Source: Nanobdellota archaeon
Lineage (GTDB): Archaea; Nanobdellota; Nanobdellia; Parvarchaeales; Parvarchaeaceae
Assembly: GCA_021800365.1 (NCBI GenBank)
Contig: JAJYZA010000002.1
Location: forward strand, 33,187 to 97,186
Length of the DNA: 64,000 nt
Reading direction: 5' to 3'
Part shown: positions 18,400-27,733 of the stretch, in pieces
How positions within the stretch are numbered: position 1 is the first letter of the stretch
How the letters are laid out: every line of letters starts with the position of its first letter
The notes under the pieces: generated by a model
What the model was told of the DNA's origin: nothing
Databases searched by the model: none
The model's input: the letters and a program-made list of their open reading frames with translations, nothing else
Program-made: the position numbers and the translations under genes

Positions 18400-19017
18400 A
18401 TGGAAATGGACGTTTTTGATGCAATAAATGAATTAAAGAAATTCTATGACGGCAACGGTACACTGGCTGGCCTTAAGGGCATGATTTCTGCAAAAAAATT
18501 GAATATTGATTTAGAATATCTCGATGGTGCCGTTAGACTAAGAGTATTACATCCACTTCGGCTTTACGTTGATGAGATATACAAAATTCTCCTTAGACTC
18601 TGGATAATAAATTCTATAGAAATTACCGTAGAATTTATGACAAACGGGAAGAAGAAAAGTGTCACTAAGAAGTTTGGCGCGGAAGAAAATGTAAAAGAAA
18701 CTATAGATGATCTACTCGAACTTCCGCACGAACAATTATTGGATATTATATTAGAGACAGAATATTTTAAACTTGTAGAAGTAAGAGACCTAAGTGATAC
18801 GGTCTCTATAATAATAAAAAAAGGTGATCAAAAATTACTTTTTAGGAGCCTCTATAACTATCTGTTCCCGTTTGTTAATGTACCAATCGACAAATCTGCA
18901 AAGGAAGAAATTATTTTCAACCAGGCTGGTGATGAATTAGCCGTAGACGTTTCCATATATGCAGATGGCTCGTCTGCTGGCGTTAAATCTAAAAAAGTAA
19001 AGATACTTAAAGTATGA
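18400..19017 (+). CDS. Hypothetical protein. It is the first gene of the KaiC-like/GTPase/Roadblock operon.
   Basis: It is 205 aa. Its stop overlaps the next start (ATGA), which indicates translational coupling. Confidence 0.4.
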   Translation: MEMDVFDAINELKKFYDGNGTLAGLKGMISAKKLNIDLEYLDGAVRLRVLHPLRLYVDEIYKILLRLWIINSIEITVEFMTNGKKKSVTKKFGAEENVKETIDDLLELPHEQLLDIILETEYFKLVEVRDLSDTVSIIIKKGDQKLLFRSLYNYLFPFVNVPIDKSAKEEIIFNQAGDELAVDVSIYADGSSAGVKSKKVKILKV

Positions 19018-19682
19018 GCGGAATAATGACAGGTTTTCCTTCTTTTGATAATTTAGTGTCCGGATTGGAGCCGAGAAAAACTTATCTTTTGAGCGGAAAT
19101 AAAGACAGTGGCAAGGAAGATTTCGTTTACAAGCTAACTGCATCCGCATTGAACAGAGAGATTGTCGTCGTGTACGTGACAACAAATAGGTCAAATACCG
19201 ATTTGATCATGGACTTTTCTTCTAAAGGATTAAAGTTATCACAGTATTTGGGCACTAGCATGTTAATACTTGATGATTTTATAAGAAGCGTATCCCCACA
19301 GGCAACAGATAACACGTATACAAAGGTGTTAAATGGCCCTTTAGACCTTACCGGTTTATCCGTCGCATTATCAAATGTCAACAATGGTTTTCTTAAGGAT
19401 GGAAAGACAGTACTTAATGTATTTGATTCGATATCTGCGCTCCTTCTCTATAACAATACAGTGACAATGTTTCGCTTTCTACAATTTGTATGTGGCAGAG
19501 CAAAGATATCGGGAGTAACGACGCTATTGATGCTAGATGATGAGATGCATACGCCGCAGGTCAACGAAACCATAAAATCTCTTGCGGATTCAGTAATTAC
19601 TTTAAAACTAGATGAAGGTAAAAGGTATTTTATGGTATCTGGCGGTGCAAAAGAAGTACTAAGCTGGACATCATTGCAGTGA
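19014..19682 (+). CDS. KaiC/RecA-superfamily (FlaH-like) domain protein with a degenerate Walker A.
   Basis: TGFPSFDNLVSGLEPRKTYLLSGNKDSGKEDFVYKL aligns to the KaiC TG.PGLD..LGGGLP.G...LI.G.PG.GKT region. The motif here is GNKDSGKE, so the Ser/Thr is replaced. Confidence 0.45.
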   Translation: MSGIMTGFPSFDNLVSGLEPRKTYLLSGNKDSGKEDFVYKLTASALNREIVVVYVTTNRSNTDLIMDFSSKGLKLSQYLGTSMLILDDFIRSVSPQATDNTYTKVLNGPLDLTGLSVALSNVNNGFLKDGKTVLNVFDSISALLLYNNTVTMFRFLQFVCGRAKISGVTTLLMLDDEMHTPQVNETIKSLADSVITLKLDEGKRYFMVSGGAKEVLSWTSLQ

Positions 19683-19694
19683 GCTTAAGGCGAT

Positions 19695-20912
19695 ATGGAA
19701 AAAAATAGTATAAAAAATGATCCGGTATTTGGCATAGGCAAATTAGATGAGGATTTAGAAGGCTTCCCTTATAATAAATTAGTGCTTCTGTCAGCTTCAC
19801 CCGCGGTAGGTAATGAGGTTTTTGGCTACCAAATAATCTTTAATAACCTGGCACATAAAAATAAGGTCCTTCTTTTTCTAAACAGAACTTCTCCTCAATC
19901 TTATATTACGGAGATGAAAGAGTATGATTTTAAGCCAGCTACAGATCTTGTTATAATAGACTCTTATAGCAGTGTTACGGGAATAAATGCGACTGAGACA
20001 CCGCTAAATAAGATGATAGCAAATCCCTACGATGGAACTGAAATAAAGAAAAAATTATTGGATGAACTAGACAAAAATTATGATGTTGTTGTACTAGATT
20101 CACTTTCTTTGCTTATAGATTCATTCGATTTTGATTATGTTCTATCATTGATAGGCGCGATAAAAGCGAAAATCTCAACGAAAAAATCCTCCGTCGTGAT
20201 GCTTTTCACGGATTGGGAATACGAGCAGGAGAACGTCAAGAAACTATTTACAGCAGTGAATGCACAGATAGATATAAAGGGTGTCGAAAAGAGAGTCATA
20301 TTTGGTCAATACTTCGCGGTCATAAAATGCGATTGGGTCAATAAAACTAGTTTTTCCTCAGCGTTGTTTAAGGCTATAAAACCTGGTGGGATAAAGATCT
20401 ATTTTCCAAAGATACTGATTACCGGGCCTACGGATGCAGGTAAAACTTCCTTTATACACAGTGCGTCGAAAGATGCCGTTAGCGTCGATAGGCTCGGGGG
20501 CACCATCGCACTCGATCATGGAAACCTCGATTTGGAAGGTTATAAGGCAGATTTATTCGGAACGCCCGGTCAAGAAAGATTTGACCCTCTATTGAAATTG
20601 CTTGGAGGAGAAGCCATCGGGGTAATACTAATTGTAGATTCTTCGCGGCCAGACCAATTTCCGAGGGCCATAGAGATGCTTAGAAAGACGGAAACCTACG
20701 GATTACCAATAGTAGTCGTTGCAAACAAAGCCGATCTTCCGAACGCATTACCTCTGGAAGAATTGAGAGAAAAGCTACATCTCGGCAAAGACGCACCACT
20801 AGTTGCCACTGTAGCGGAAGACCTATCCAAAATCGATCCAAATGAACCGACTAAGTTAAAAGAGAAGGGGGTGCGTGAGGCATTGATGGCTTTGTTTAAG
20901 CAATTGACATAA
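19695..20912 (+). CDS. Fusion of a degenerate KaiC/RecA-like domain (N-terminal) and an MglA/Ras-like small GTPase (C-terminal).
   Basis: The N-terminal half resembles KaiC (LVLLSASPAVGNEVFGYQI) but lacks a P-loop. The C-terminal half has G1 ILITGPTDAGKTS, a switch-I Thr in GGTIALD, a G3 of FGTPGQ, and a G4 of VANKADL. The G3 is of the TxPGQ type, as in MglA. Confidence 0.5.
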   Translation: MEKNSIKNDPVFGIGKLDEDLEGFPYNKLVLLSASPAVGNEVFGYQIIFNNLAHKNKVLLFLNRTSPQSYITEMKEYDFKPATDLVIIDSYSSVTGINATETPLNKMIANPYDGTEIKKKLLDELDKNYDVVVLDSLSLLIDSFDFDYVLSLIGAIKAKISTKKSSVVMLFTDWEYEQENVKKLFTAVNAQIDIKGVEKRVIFGQYFAVIKCDWVNKTSFSSALFKAIKPGGIKIYFPKILITGPTDAGKTSFIHSASKDAVSVDRLGGTIALDHGNLDLEGYKADLFGTPGQERFDPLLKLLGGEAIGVILIVDSSRPDQFPRAIEMLRKTETYGLPIVVVANKADLPNALPLEELREKLHLGKDAPLVATVAEDLSKIDPNEPTKLKEKGVREALMALFKQLT

Positions 20913-20944
20913 TGCTTAAATTAGGCAGGGGTTATAAATAGCTT

Positions 20945-21322
20945 ATGGCTACAAAATCAGATGCTTTGAGACTGGTGTTAGAAGGTTTGGGTAATGTAGG
21001 TGGCATACGCGCCTCCGCGATAATATCAGTGGACGGTCTTCCGATGGTATCCCTAATGCCACAGGATGTAGATCCCAACAACTTTGCTGCAATGCTAGCG
21101 TCAATGGTAGGTGCGGCTGAAACTGCGCTGAAATCTCTTGGCTCCAAAAATATCTTAGATCGAGTTGTAGCCGAATCAAAAGATGTGAGAGTAATTGCCG
21201 TAAAGGCCGGTGAAGATACTATACTTACCATTATGATAGACCCAAATACTAATTATGGCTTGGTGCTTCTCGAAGCGAAAAAAGCTTCTGATGAAATTGC
21301 AAAGATAATGAAAGGGCAATAA
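20945..21322 (+). CDS. Roadblock/LC7 (MglB-like) domain protein.
   Basis: It is 125 aa. It has the GIRASAIISVDGLPMVS and TIMIDPNTNYGLVLLEAK pattern typical of Roadblock/LC7 proteins. It lies directly downstream of the small GTPase gene. Confidence 0.5.
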   Translation: MATKSDALRLVLEGLGNVGGIRASAIISVDGLPMVSLMPQDVDPNNFAAMLASMVGAAETALKSLGSKNILDRVVAESKDVRVIAVKAGEDTILTIMIDPNTNYGLVLLEAKKASDEIAKIMKGQ

Positions 21323-21390
21323 AATAACTATCAAATTTAAGTACAACTATACTTATGTAAAAGAATAGGCAAATTTTATTTGTACTTTTC

Positions 21391-21651
21391 TTATTGATTA
21401 TTGACTGACTGGAGTAATGAATTCATCTGATCAACGTTGTCAGCTTTAACTGCGTCTATAAGCGCTAGTTTTTCTTTCTTTCTTAGTTTTAGTTTTGTAT
21501 CGCCTTTCATTACCTTAACGGACTCTTTATTTACTTCGGTAGGCGGTACGCCATCCTTTTGCTCTTTCTGTTCTTTTTTTGCGTATTTTACATGATAATC
21601 ACCAAAGCTGACTTCTTTGTTGACTTTCATGAATCTATATTTATATTCCAT
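21391..21651 (-). CDS. Hypothetical small Lys-rich protein.
   Basis: It is an 86-aa ORF convergent with the Roadblock gene. Confidence 0.25.
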   Translation of the reverse strand: MEYKYRFMKVNKEVSFGDYHVKYAKKEQKEQKDGVPPTEVNKESVKVMKGDTKLKLRKKEKLALIDAVKADNVDQMNSLLQSVNNQ

Positions 21652-21759
21652 AAAGATATCTGTCTGGCGTTATTTTTAAACGTTTCTATTATAATTATCG
21701 CTTTACGCAGCTAGCGATAAGTGTAAAAAGTATAAAAATCGTATACTATCTAGGTTAAG

Positions 21760-23043
21760 ATGGAAGGCAAGGATAAGTATTATAATAAAATGGCTCTATT
21801 TATTTCTTCTAAACTGGGTGGAAAACTTACCATAGCACCAACCACGAAAATAAAATCTGAAAAGGATATCTCGATTTTATACACACCGGGTTCAGCAGCA
21901 GTCGCGAAAGAAATAGTCAAAGATCCGCTCTCCTCATATAAATTAACTTGGAGATGGAATACGATATTTATCGTAACTAACGGTACGCGTGTATTGGGCC
22001 TTGGGGACATAGGTCCTTTGGCATCTTTACCTGTGATGGAGGGAAAAGCGTTGCTTTACAAAACATATGGAGGGATAAATGCGATACCGATTCCAATAAA
22101 AAGCACGGACGTAGAAGAGTTCGTTAAAATCATAGATGCGCTCTCAGTCACAGCCGGCGGCATACACCTAGAAGATATTTCTTCTCCGTTTTGCTTTGAA
22201 GTACTAGAAAAATTACAAGAAAAATTAAGCATACCGGTTTGGCATGATGATCAGCAAGGAACGGCCGGGGCCACGCTCGCCGGTTTGATAAATGCATTTA
22301 AGCTTGTCGGGAAAGACCTTAAAAAAGCAAGAATGGTTTTAGTCGGTGCAGGTGCAGCGAATATAGCCCTTTTTAATTTACTTGAAGCTTATGGAGTAGA
22401 TTTGGGTAATGTGATTGTCGGCGATAGTAAAGGACCGCTTAATAAAAATAGAGCGGATATAGAAGAAATGAAAGTGTCAAATCGCTGGAAATACCAGATA
22501 TCAGAAAAGTCAAATAGATCAGAGATATCGGGTATAAATGAATCTTTTGATGACGCAGATGCAATAATTGGTTTTAGCGCAGCAGGGACAATAAAACCGG
22601 GATGGATAAAGCGAATGTCAGATAAACCTATAGTTTTTGCAAATGCAAATCCAACGCCGGAGATTTCACCGAAACTAGCGAAAAAAGCCGGTGCATACAT
22701 AATATCAACAGCAAGGCCGGACTATCCAAATCAAATTAATAATAGTTTAATCTTTCCAGGATTATTCAGAGGGGTCCTGGATTCCCGCACACGATTTATA
22801 GACAATAAGCTGATAATAGCGGCGGCAGAAACTCTCGCGGCGCTCGCAGAAAAACAGGGTATAAGTAAAGATAATATATTACCAAAAACAAATCAAAAAG
22901 AAGTACATATACGCGTAGCCGCAGCAGTGGCGGAATATTCGTCACGCACCGGAAATTCAATGCTTAAGGGCGACTTTAGATTTTTCTATAACTTAGCTAA
23001 AGAAAATATTGTAAAGGGGAAACACTTTGCAGATTCTGGATAA
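21760..23043 (+). CDS. NAD(P)-dependent malic enzyme (short form).
   Basis: It has the LSILYTPGSAAVA and DDQQGTAGATLAGLINA motifs. It has a VLVGAGAANIA Rossmann motif and is 427 aa long. Confidence 0.75.
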   Translation: MEGKDKYYNKMALFISSKLGGKLTIAPTTKIKSEKDISILYTPGSAAVAKEIVKDPLSSYKLTWRWNTIFIVTNGTRVLGLGDIGPLASLPVMEGKALLYKTYGGINAIPIPIKSTDVEEFVKIIDALSVTAGGIHLEDISSPFCFEVLEKLQEKLSIPVWHDDQQGTAGATLAGLINAFKLVGKDLKKARMVLVGAGAANIALFNLLEAYGVDLGNVIVGDSKGPLNKNRADIEEMKVSNRWKYQISEKSNRSEISGINESFDDADAIIGFSAAGTIKPGWIKRMSDKPIVFANANPTPEISPKLAKKAGAYIISTARPDYPNQINNSLIFPGLFRGVLDSRTRFIDNKLIIAAAETLAALAEKQGISKDNILPKTNQKEVHIRVAAAVAEYSSRTGNSMLKGDFRFFYNLAKENIVKGKHFADSG

Positions 23044-23154
23044 TATGGCATCAAGAATACGGTTGTCTCGGTATTAGCGGATATGCGCTATGTAAAGTAG
23101 ATATAAAGCTGATTAAAAACTGCTTTATTAATGACAATCTAATAATCTCGCTAA

Positions 23155-23502
23155 CTATACCCAGGGTTTCTCAGTGGCGAACTCTAGTTTAATCTTATAA
23201 AGCGCATTGTCGGCCACTTTTTTCGCAATTCCGAATGCAGCCGCGGCGGGCAGTGCAAAGAACGCAGCATTCATTACGCCGGATCCACCGGCATATGGAT
23301 ACGCAAGTGCGTCTATCGCTAATCCAGCGAACCAGGAACCAAAGAGATAACTGCCAATCATTCCTGCCTTTCCTAAAGAACCACTACCTCTAAAACCAAG
23401 ATATATGTTTTCAAAATAAGCTTTGGCATTCTTAAGAGGGCTTAACACTTTTGAACCCAAACTAGGTTTTAATAATACAGTTTCCAATTTTTCTTTTTCC
23501 AT
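23155..23502 (-). CDS. Hypothetical small membrane protein.
   Basis: It is 115 aa with a Gly/Ala-rich hydrophobic core. Confidence 0.25.
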   Translation of the reverse strand: MEKEKLETVLLKPSLGSKVLSPLKNAKAYFENIYLGFRGSGSLGKAGMIGSYLFGSWFAGLAIDALAYPYAGGSGVMNAAFFALPAAAAFGIAKKVADNALYKIKLEFATEKPWV

Positions 23503-23678
23503 ATACTACTTTAGAATAGATTTTATATTTAAACATTTAAACTTGCGAAATTTACAAGTTTTGAATCTGGCTAAAATAGTGATTGCGCCTATTTTTTAAA
23601 CTAATAGATTCTTACACTCCATCTTCTCAAATTTAACTTTATTTAAAGGCGACAATAGAACTGAACCAAATCGAGATC

Positions 23679-23761
23679 GCCTGGAGCCGGATTTGAACCG
23701 GCATAGGGTTTCCCCAACAGGCGCTCCAGGCCTGCGCGATGCCAGATTACGCGATCCAGGC
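23679..23761 (-). tRNA. tRNA-Ser (anticodon GGA), class II with a long variable arm. CCA is not encoded.
   Basis: The sense sequence is GCCTGGA-TC-GCG-TAATCTGGCAT-CGC-G-CAGGC-CTGGAGC-GCCTG-(variable arm TTGGGGAAACCCTAT)-GCCGG-TTCAAAT-CCGGC-TCCAGGC-G. It has a 7-bp acceptor stem, a 3-bp D stem typical of Ser tRNAs, and a GGTTCAAATCC T-arm. Confidence 0.8.
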
Positions 23762-23841
23762 AGATAACCTCATAAAGTAGTATCAGAATAAAAACTTATA
23801 AGTAGATTTATCTTATCAAACTAATTTTAGTTGACGGTAAT

Positions 23842-25746
23842 TTAAATCGCCCTGCTCTTAATTTTTTCTGAGAGGTTTTTTATAAAGTCGTCTAAGTTAA
23901 CACCATACTTTGTCTTTCCGTCTCGAGTTCTCACGGATACCGTTTTAGCCTTTTCTTCCTTTTCACCGATGACAAGAACGTATGGTATCTTTTTTAATTG
24001 TCCTTCTCGTATCTTGTAGTCAAGTGTAGAACTGCTACTATCTATATCAGCCCTTATTCCCACAAAAAGCATTTTTTTAACAACCTCGTTTGCATAACTG
24101 TTATTTTTTTCAGTTATTGGCAGTACTCTAACTTGGATCGGAGTCAGCCATGCCGGTAATTCACCGGCACTGTTTTCTAATACTATTCCCATAAATCGTC
24201 CAATGGAACCAAGGATTGAGCGATGTATTACTACAGGAACATGCTCTTTATTATCTGCTCCAACATATTTAGCATCAAATCTTACGGCAAGGTTGAAATC
24301 TATTTGGATTGTCGATGCTGCATATGCAGATTCTGGTTTTCCTGTAAAATCCAGTACATAAATGTCTATTTTAGGTCCATAAAACGCGCCATCACCTTCT
24401 TTTATATTATATTTATATCCACTTTTTTCTAGCGCATTTTTAAGTGCAGTCTCCGCCAAATCCCATGACTCTTCAGAACCTATGCGCTCCTTTGGTCTTG
24501 TTGCTAGAGTCATTATAGGAGTAAGTTTGAATAGGAGATAAACTTCCTTTACCATCTCAAAGATATCAAGTATCTCTTTCTCTAGTTGCTCTTCCATAAC
24601 ATAGATATGTGCGTCATTTTGTTCAAGTAACCTTGTCCTGAGGAGTCCGTCTAGCGCTCCTTCAAGTTCATATCTATGTAGGAAACCGTAATCCGCAAGC
24701 CTTAGTGGTAGTTCCCTATAACTCCTCGTTCTAGATTTAAAAATCACCGTAGAAAAAGGACAGTTCATCGGTTTTATTGCATACTCCTCTTCTAAGGCAA
24801 AAGGAGAGACCTTATACATATTTTCGCGATATTTTTCGTAATGTCCACTAATTTTCCACACTTCTGATTTGGCGATTATTGGGGTTATTATCTCCTTATA
24901 ATTGTGTTGTATATCCAGTTCTTTAGCAAGTTTTAAAAGTTCATTATATATTATGGCGCCATTAGGTAGGAAAAATGGAGAGCCTGGCGACCATGGAGAA
25001 GTCTCAAATAGTTCTAGTTCCTTTCCAATCTTCTTGTGGTCATGTTTTGAACGCTCGGCCTCTACTTTTAGATATTCATCTAAATCTTGTTTTGACGGGA
25101 AACTTATCCCGTATATTCTTGTGAGCACCTCACGCTTACTGTCTCCTCGCCAATATGCTCCGGCTACTTTAAGAAGTTTTACAGTCTTTATGTATCTTGT
25201 AGATGGAATATGCGGGCCACGGCAAAGATCGTTGAACCCCTCCATTTCATATAGAGTTATCGGTTGTGCAGCGGCTTCGTTCTCGAGTATTTCTATCTTA
25301 AATTTGTTTCCGTTGAATAATTCTTTTGCATCTTCCCTTGAAACCTCCTTTCTGATGAATTTAGCATCATTTTTTATTATATTCTCCATCTCTTTTTCTA
25401 TCTTCTGCAAATCATTGTCTCCAACATTTAAATTATAGAAATCGTAATAAAATCCGTTCTGTATAGGGGGACCCAACGTTACAAGCGTATCAGGATAAAG
25501 TTTTTTTACCGCGGCTGCAAGTACGTGAGCACTCGAATGCCAAAGAACCGACTTTCCTTCAGCATCCGCAAAGGAGACAAAAGATATTTTTGTATCTTTT
25601 TCTAGCTTTCTGTTAAGGTCTATTAAACCCGAATCAATTTTTGCTGCTAGCATGTCTTTTAAAGGAATGTCAAGTTTTTTCGCTATATCTATCGGGGTTG
25701 CTCCCTTCTCAAATTCATGCACTTTATCTCCAAAAATAATTTTCAT
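23842..25746 (-). CDS. thrS: Threonyl-tRNA synthetase.
   Basis: It has an N-terminal TGS-like domain and class II motifs including FRSE...HRS. It is 634 aa long with an anticodon-binding C-terminal domain. Confidence 0.8.
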   Translation of the reverse strand: MKIIFGDKVHEFEKGATPIDIAKKLDIPLKDMLAAKIDSGLIDLNRKLEKDTKISFVSFADAEGKSVLWHSSAHVLAAAVKKLYPDTLVTLGPPIQNGFYYDFYNLNVGDNDLQKIEKEMENIIKNDAKFIRKEVSREDAKELFNGNKFKIEILENEAAAQPITLYEMEGFNDLCRGPHIPSTRYIKTVKLLKVAGAYWRGDSKREVLTRIYGISFPSKQDLDEYLKVEAERSKHDHKKIGKELELFETSPWSPGSPFFLPNGAIIYNELLKLAKELDIQHNYKEIITPIIAKSEVWKISGHYEKYRENMYKVSPFALEEEYAIKPMNCPFSTVIFKSRTRSYRELPLRLADYGFLHRYELEGALDGLLRTRLLEQNDAHIYVMEEQLEKEILDIFEMVKEVYLLFKLTPIMTLATRPKERIGSEESWDLAETALKNALEKSGYKYNIKEGDGAFYGPKIDIYVLDFTGKPESAYAASTIQIDFNLAVRFDAKYVGADNKEHVPVVIHRSILGSIGRFMGIVLENSAGELPAWLTPIQVRVLPITEKNNSYANEVVKKMLFVGIRADIDSSSSTLDYKIREGQLKKIPYVLVIGEKEEKAKTVSVRTRDGKTKYGVNLDDFIKNLSEKIKSRAI

Positions 25747-25885
25747 ACTTATTTCTATTATACGGTCTAGGAGATAAAAGCTTTTTGTATCAAAAAACCA
25801 GTAGCTAAATTCTTTCGTGTCAAAAAATAATAATTAGAAAAAAGCTAATTATTATAAATCATAAGAACCTCTATAAACTGTACTT

Positions 25886-26569
25886 ATGGGAATCAATGAA
25901 CATGTATTTAAAAGACTTTCTTGTGGCAGAGACTTTAATTTAGAAGAGCTTCTATACGCTTCCGAGCAGCTGTATTCGAGTCAAACTAAACCACAAGCTG
26001 GAGATATAATCCCCGTATATAATGGTGCGTACCATATCGAGATTACTTCGAAGCACCTTAATTGGCTTTATAACAACCTTACAAATTATTCTGGTGAAAG
26101 TTCTGGAGAGGAACGCCTGCGCTCATTTATGAAATTTATGGATAAAAAACTTATAACTGATTATTCTACTGTATTTAGCTTTGAAACGTACAAAGGTCGC
26201 ATACTGAATCTAGACCTGTTATTAGAAAAAATGGCAGTAAACTCTATGGAGGCTTCGGTACTTTTGACACTCGCAATAAACGCCGATGCAAAATTTAGGG
26301 AAGAGGGGTTTTCAGCATATTGCCTATCCGGTATAGTCCTTAAAGGCGGAAATGTCGGTCCGCAAGTACTAGCAGTAAATGTAATTTCATCGCATTCATC
26401 TTATCTTTTAATTCCAAGTTATAACTTAGTACGAGAGGTCTTTACTTATAACGTATCAACAAAAGATTCTCCCCATTATGAAATCGCGAAGTTATACGAA
26501 ACACCGAATAAAAAAATCATAATGTTAGAAGCAACTAGTAAGTTATTTAGAAAAAAGAAGAAAGTTTAG
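25886..26569 (+). CDS. Hypothetical protein.
   Basis: It is a 227-aa ORF with no recognised motif. Confidence 0.3.
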   Translation: MGINEHVFKRLSCGRDFNLEELLYASEQLYSSQTKPQAGDIIPVYNGAYHIEITSKHLNWLYNNLTNYSGESSGEERLRSFMKFMDKKLITDYSTVFSFETYKGRILNLDLLLEKMAVNSMEASVLLTLAINADAKFREEGFSAYCLSGIVLKGGNVGPQVLAVNVISSHSSYLLIPSYNLVREVFTYNVSTKDSPHYEIAKLYETPNKKIIMLEATSKLFRKKKKV

Positions 26570-26573
26570 CTTC

Positions 26574-27488
26574 CTACACGAGCTTTTTTAATAGGTCCTT
26601 ATACTCATTATACATATTATCTGCCGCAGAATTAAGTAGTTTTTGATCGTCTAACGACAAAGAAGCCTCAAGAGTAGGTCCTATAACGTTTCCTACTACT
26701 GTTGGTCGGCTCATATGTATAACTTCATCTTTATATTTTAGAGGTGCAGCTATGCTCATTACCCTATTTTCATTTGTAGCAAATGCAACTATAATATCGC
26801 GTATTGATGTTGCTGGACCCCACGAAGTACCCCCGAGTGTGGCTATTACCTGCGCGGCCACTCCCTTTACATACAAAGTGACCTCTTCACGTGTAAGTTT
26901 TCCAGAAGCAGCTCTATCAAATGGCGCACCATTTACCGTTACAGTGTCCCAAAATACAGACAGTCGTTCTCCATGTTCTCCGCCGACAAAGCCATTTATC
27001 CTGTCTACGGGTACCCCCAATCTATCCGCTATAAAGGATCTGAGGCGCATATTCTCAACTTGTGCTCCCGAGCTTATTGTAAATTTGTTTGAATACTTCA
27101 TGAATACCGAAGCCATTTGGTCCACCGGATTAGTCACTACAAGAAACAACGCATTAGGATTGTTTTTTGGCAGAACCTTTGCGAATTCTATCATTATTTT
27201 TGCGTTGTCTGAAAATACCGCCGTTCGATCTTGGTTTGGCTGTCGCGGTTTCCCTGCGCTTATTACAATAATGTCATTATCTTTTACTTCGTCTAATGAA
27301 TTAGTTGCAGATAATTTTATATTTATATGCGAAGCGGCAAGAGCGTGAAGTAGCTCATCTTTGAATCTCTGCGGCAGGTTGGGGACTATATCAAATATAG
27401 TTGCTTCTTCCGAGATGCCGGATAGCAACGTGGAATATGTGAGTGTCTGACCTATCCTTCCGGCACCAACAAAACCTATCTTAACCAT
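26574..27488 (-). CDS. mdh: L-malate/L-lactate dehydrogenase family enzyme, most likely malate dehydrogenase.
   Basis: It has a KIGFVGAGRIGQT Rossmann motif and a VVTNPVD motif. The catalytic region is GGEHGE. Confidence 0.75.
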   Translation of the reverse strand: MVKIGFVGAGRIGQTLTYSTLLSGISEEATIFDIVPNLPQRFKDELLHALAASHINIKLSATNSLDEVKDNDIIVISAGKPRQPNQDRTAVFSDNAKIMIEFAKVLPKNNPNALFLVVTNPVDQMASVFMKYSNKFTISSGAQVENMRLRSFIADRLGVPVDRINGFVGGEHGERLSVFWDTVTVNGAPFDRAASGKLTREEVTLYVKGVAAQVIATLGGTSWGPATSIRDIIVAFATNENRVMSIAAPLKYKDEVIHMSRPTVVGNVIGPTLEASLSLDDQKLLNSAADNMYNEYKDLLKKLV

Positions 27489-27702
27489 GTGGCGTAGGCT
27501 CCAGGATTTCTATTCTCTTTATTTTTAGGTTTGGATTATGGTATTTTTTTGTAGAAGCGGTTAAGTTAAAATAAATCTGTTCTACAGATATATTTGGATC
27601 TTTCCAAGGAGTTATAGTTTCAGTTACTACAAATTCTACTCCCTCTAAAGCGACATCGGTCAGTGTGTAAGTTACTTTTATTTTTCCAACATTTTCTTGC
27701 AT
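27481..27702 (-). CDS. Hypothetical small protein.
   Basis: It is a 73-aa ORF overlapping the mdh start. Confidence 0.2.
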   Translation of the reverse strand: MQENVGKIKVTYTLTDVALEGVEFVVTETITPWKDPNISVEQIYFNLTASTKKYHNPNLKIKRIEILEPTPHG

Positions 27703-27733
27703 AGTTAGATTTGTATGTAGTAATATTTATAAC

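Noticed and set aside
19014-20400. Calling the KaiC-like domains active RecA-type ATPases.
   Set aside because: The Walker A is GNKDSGKE in one and absent in the other, so both are more likely pseudo-ATPase scaffolds.
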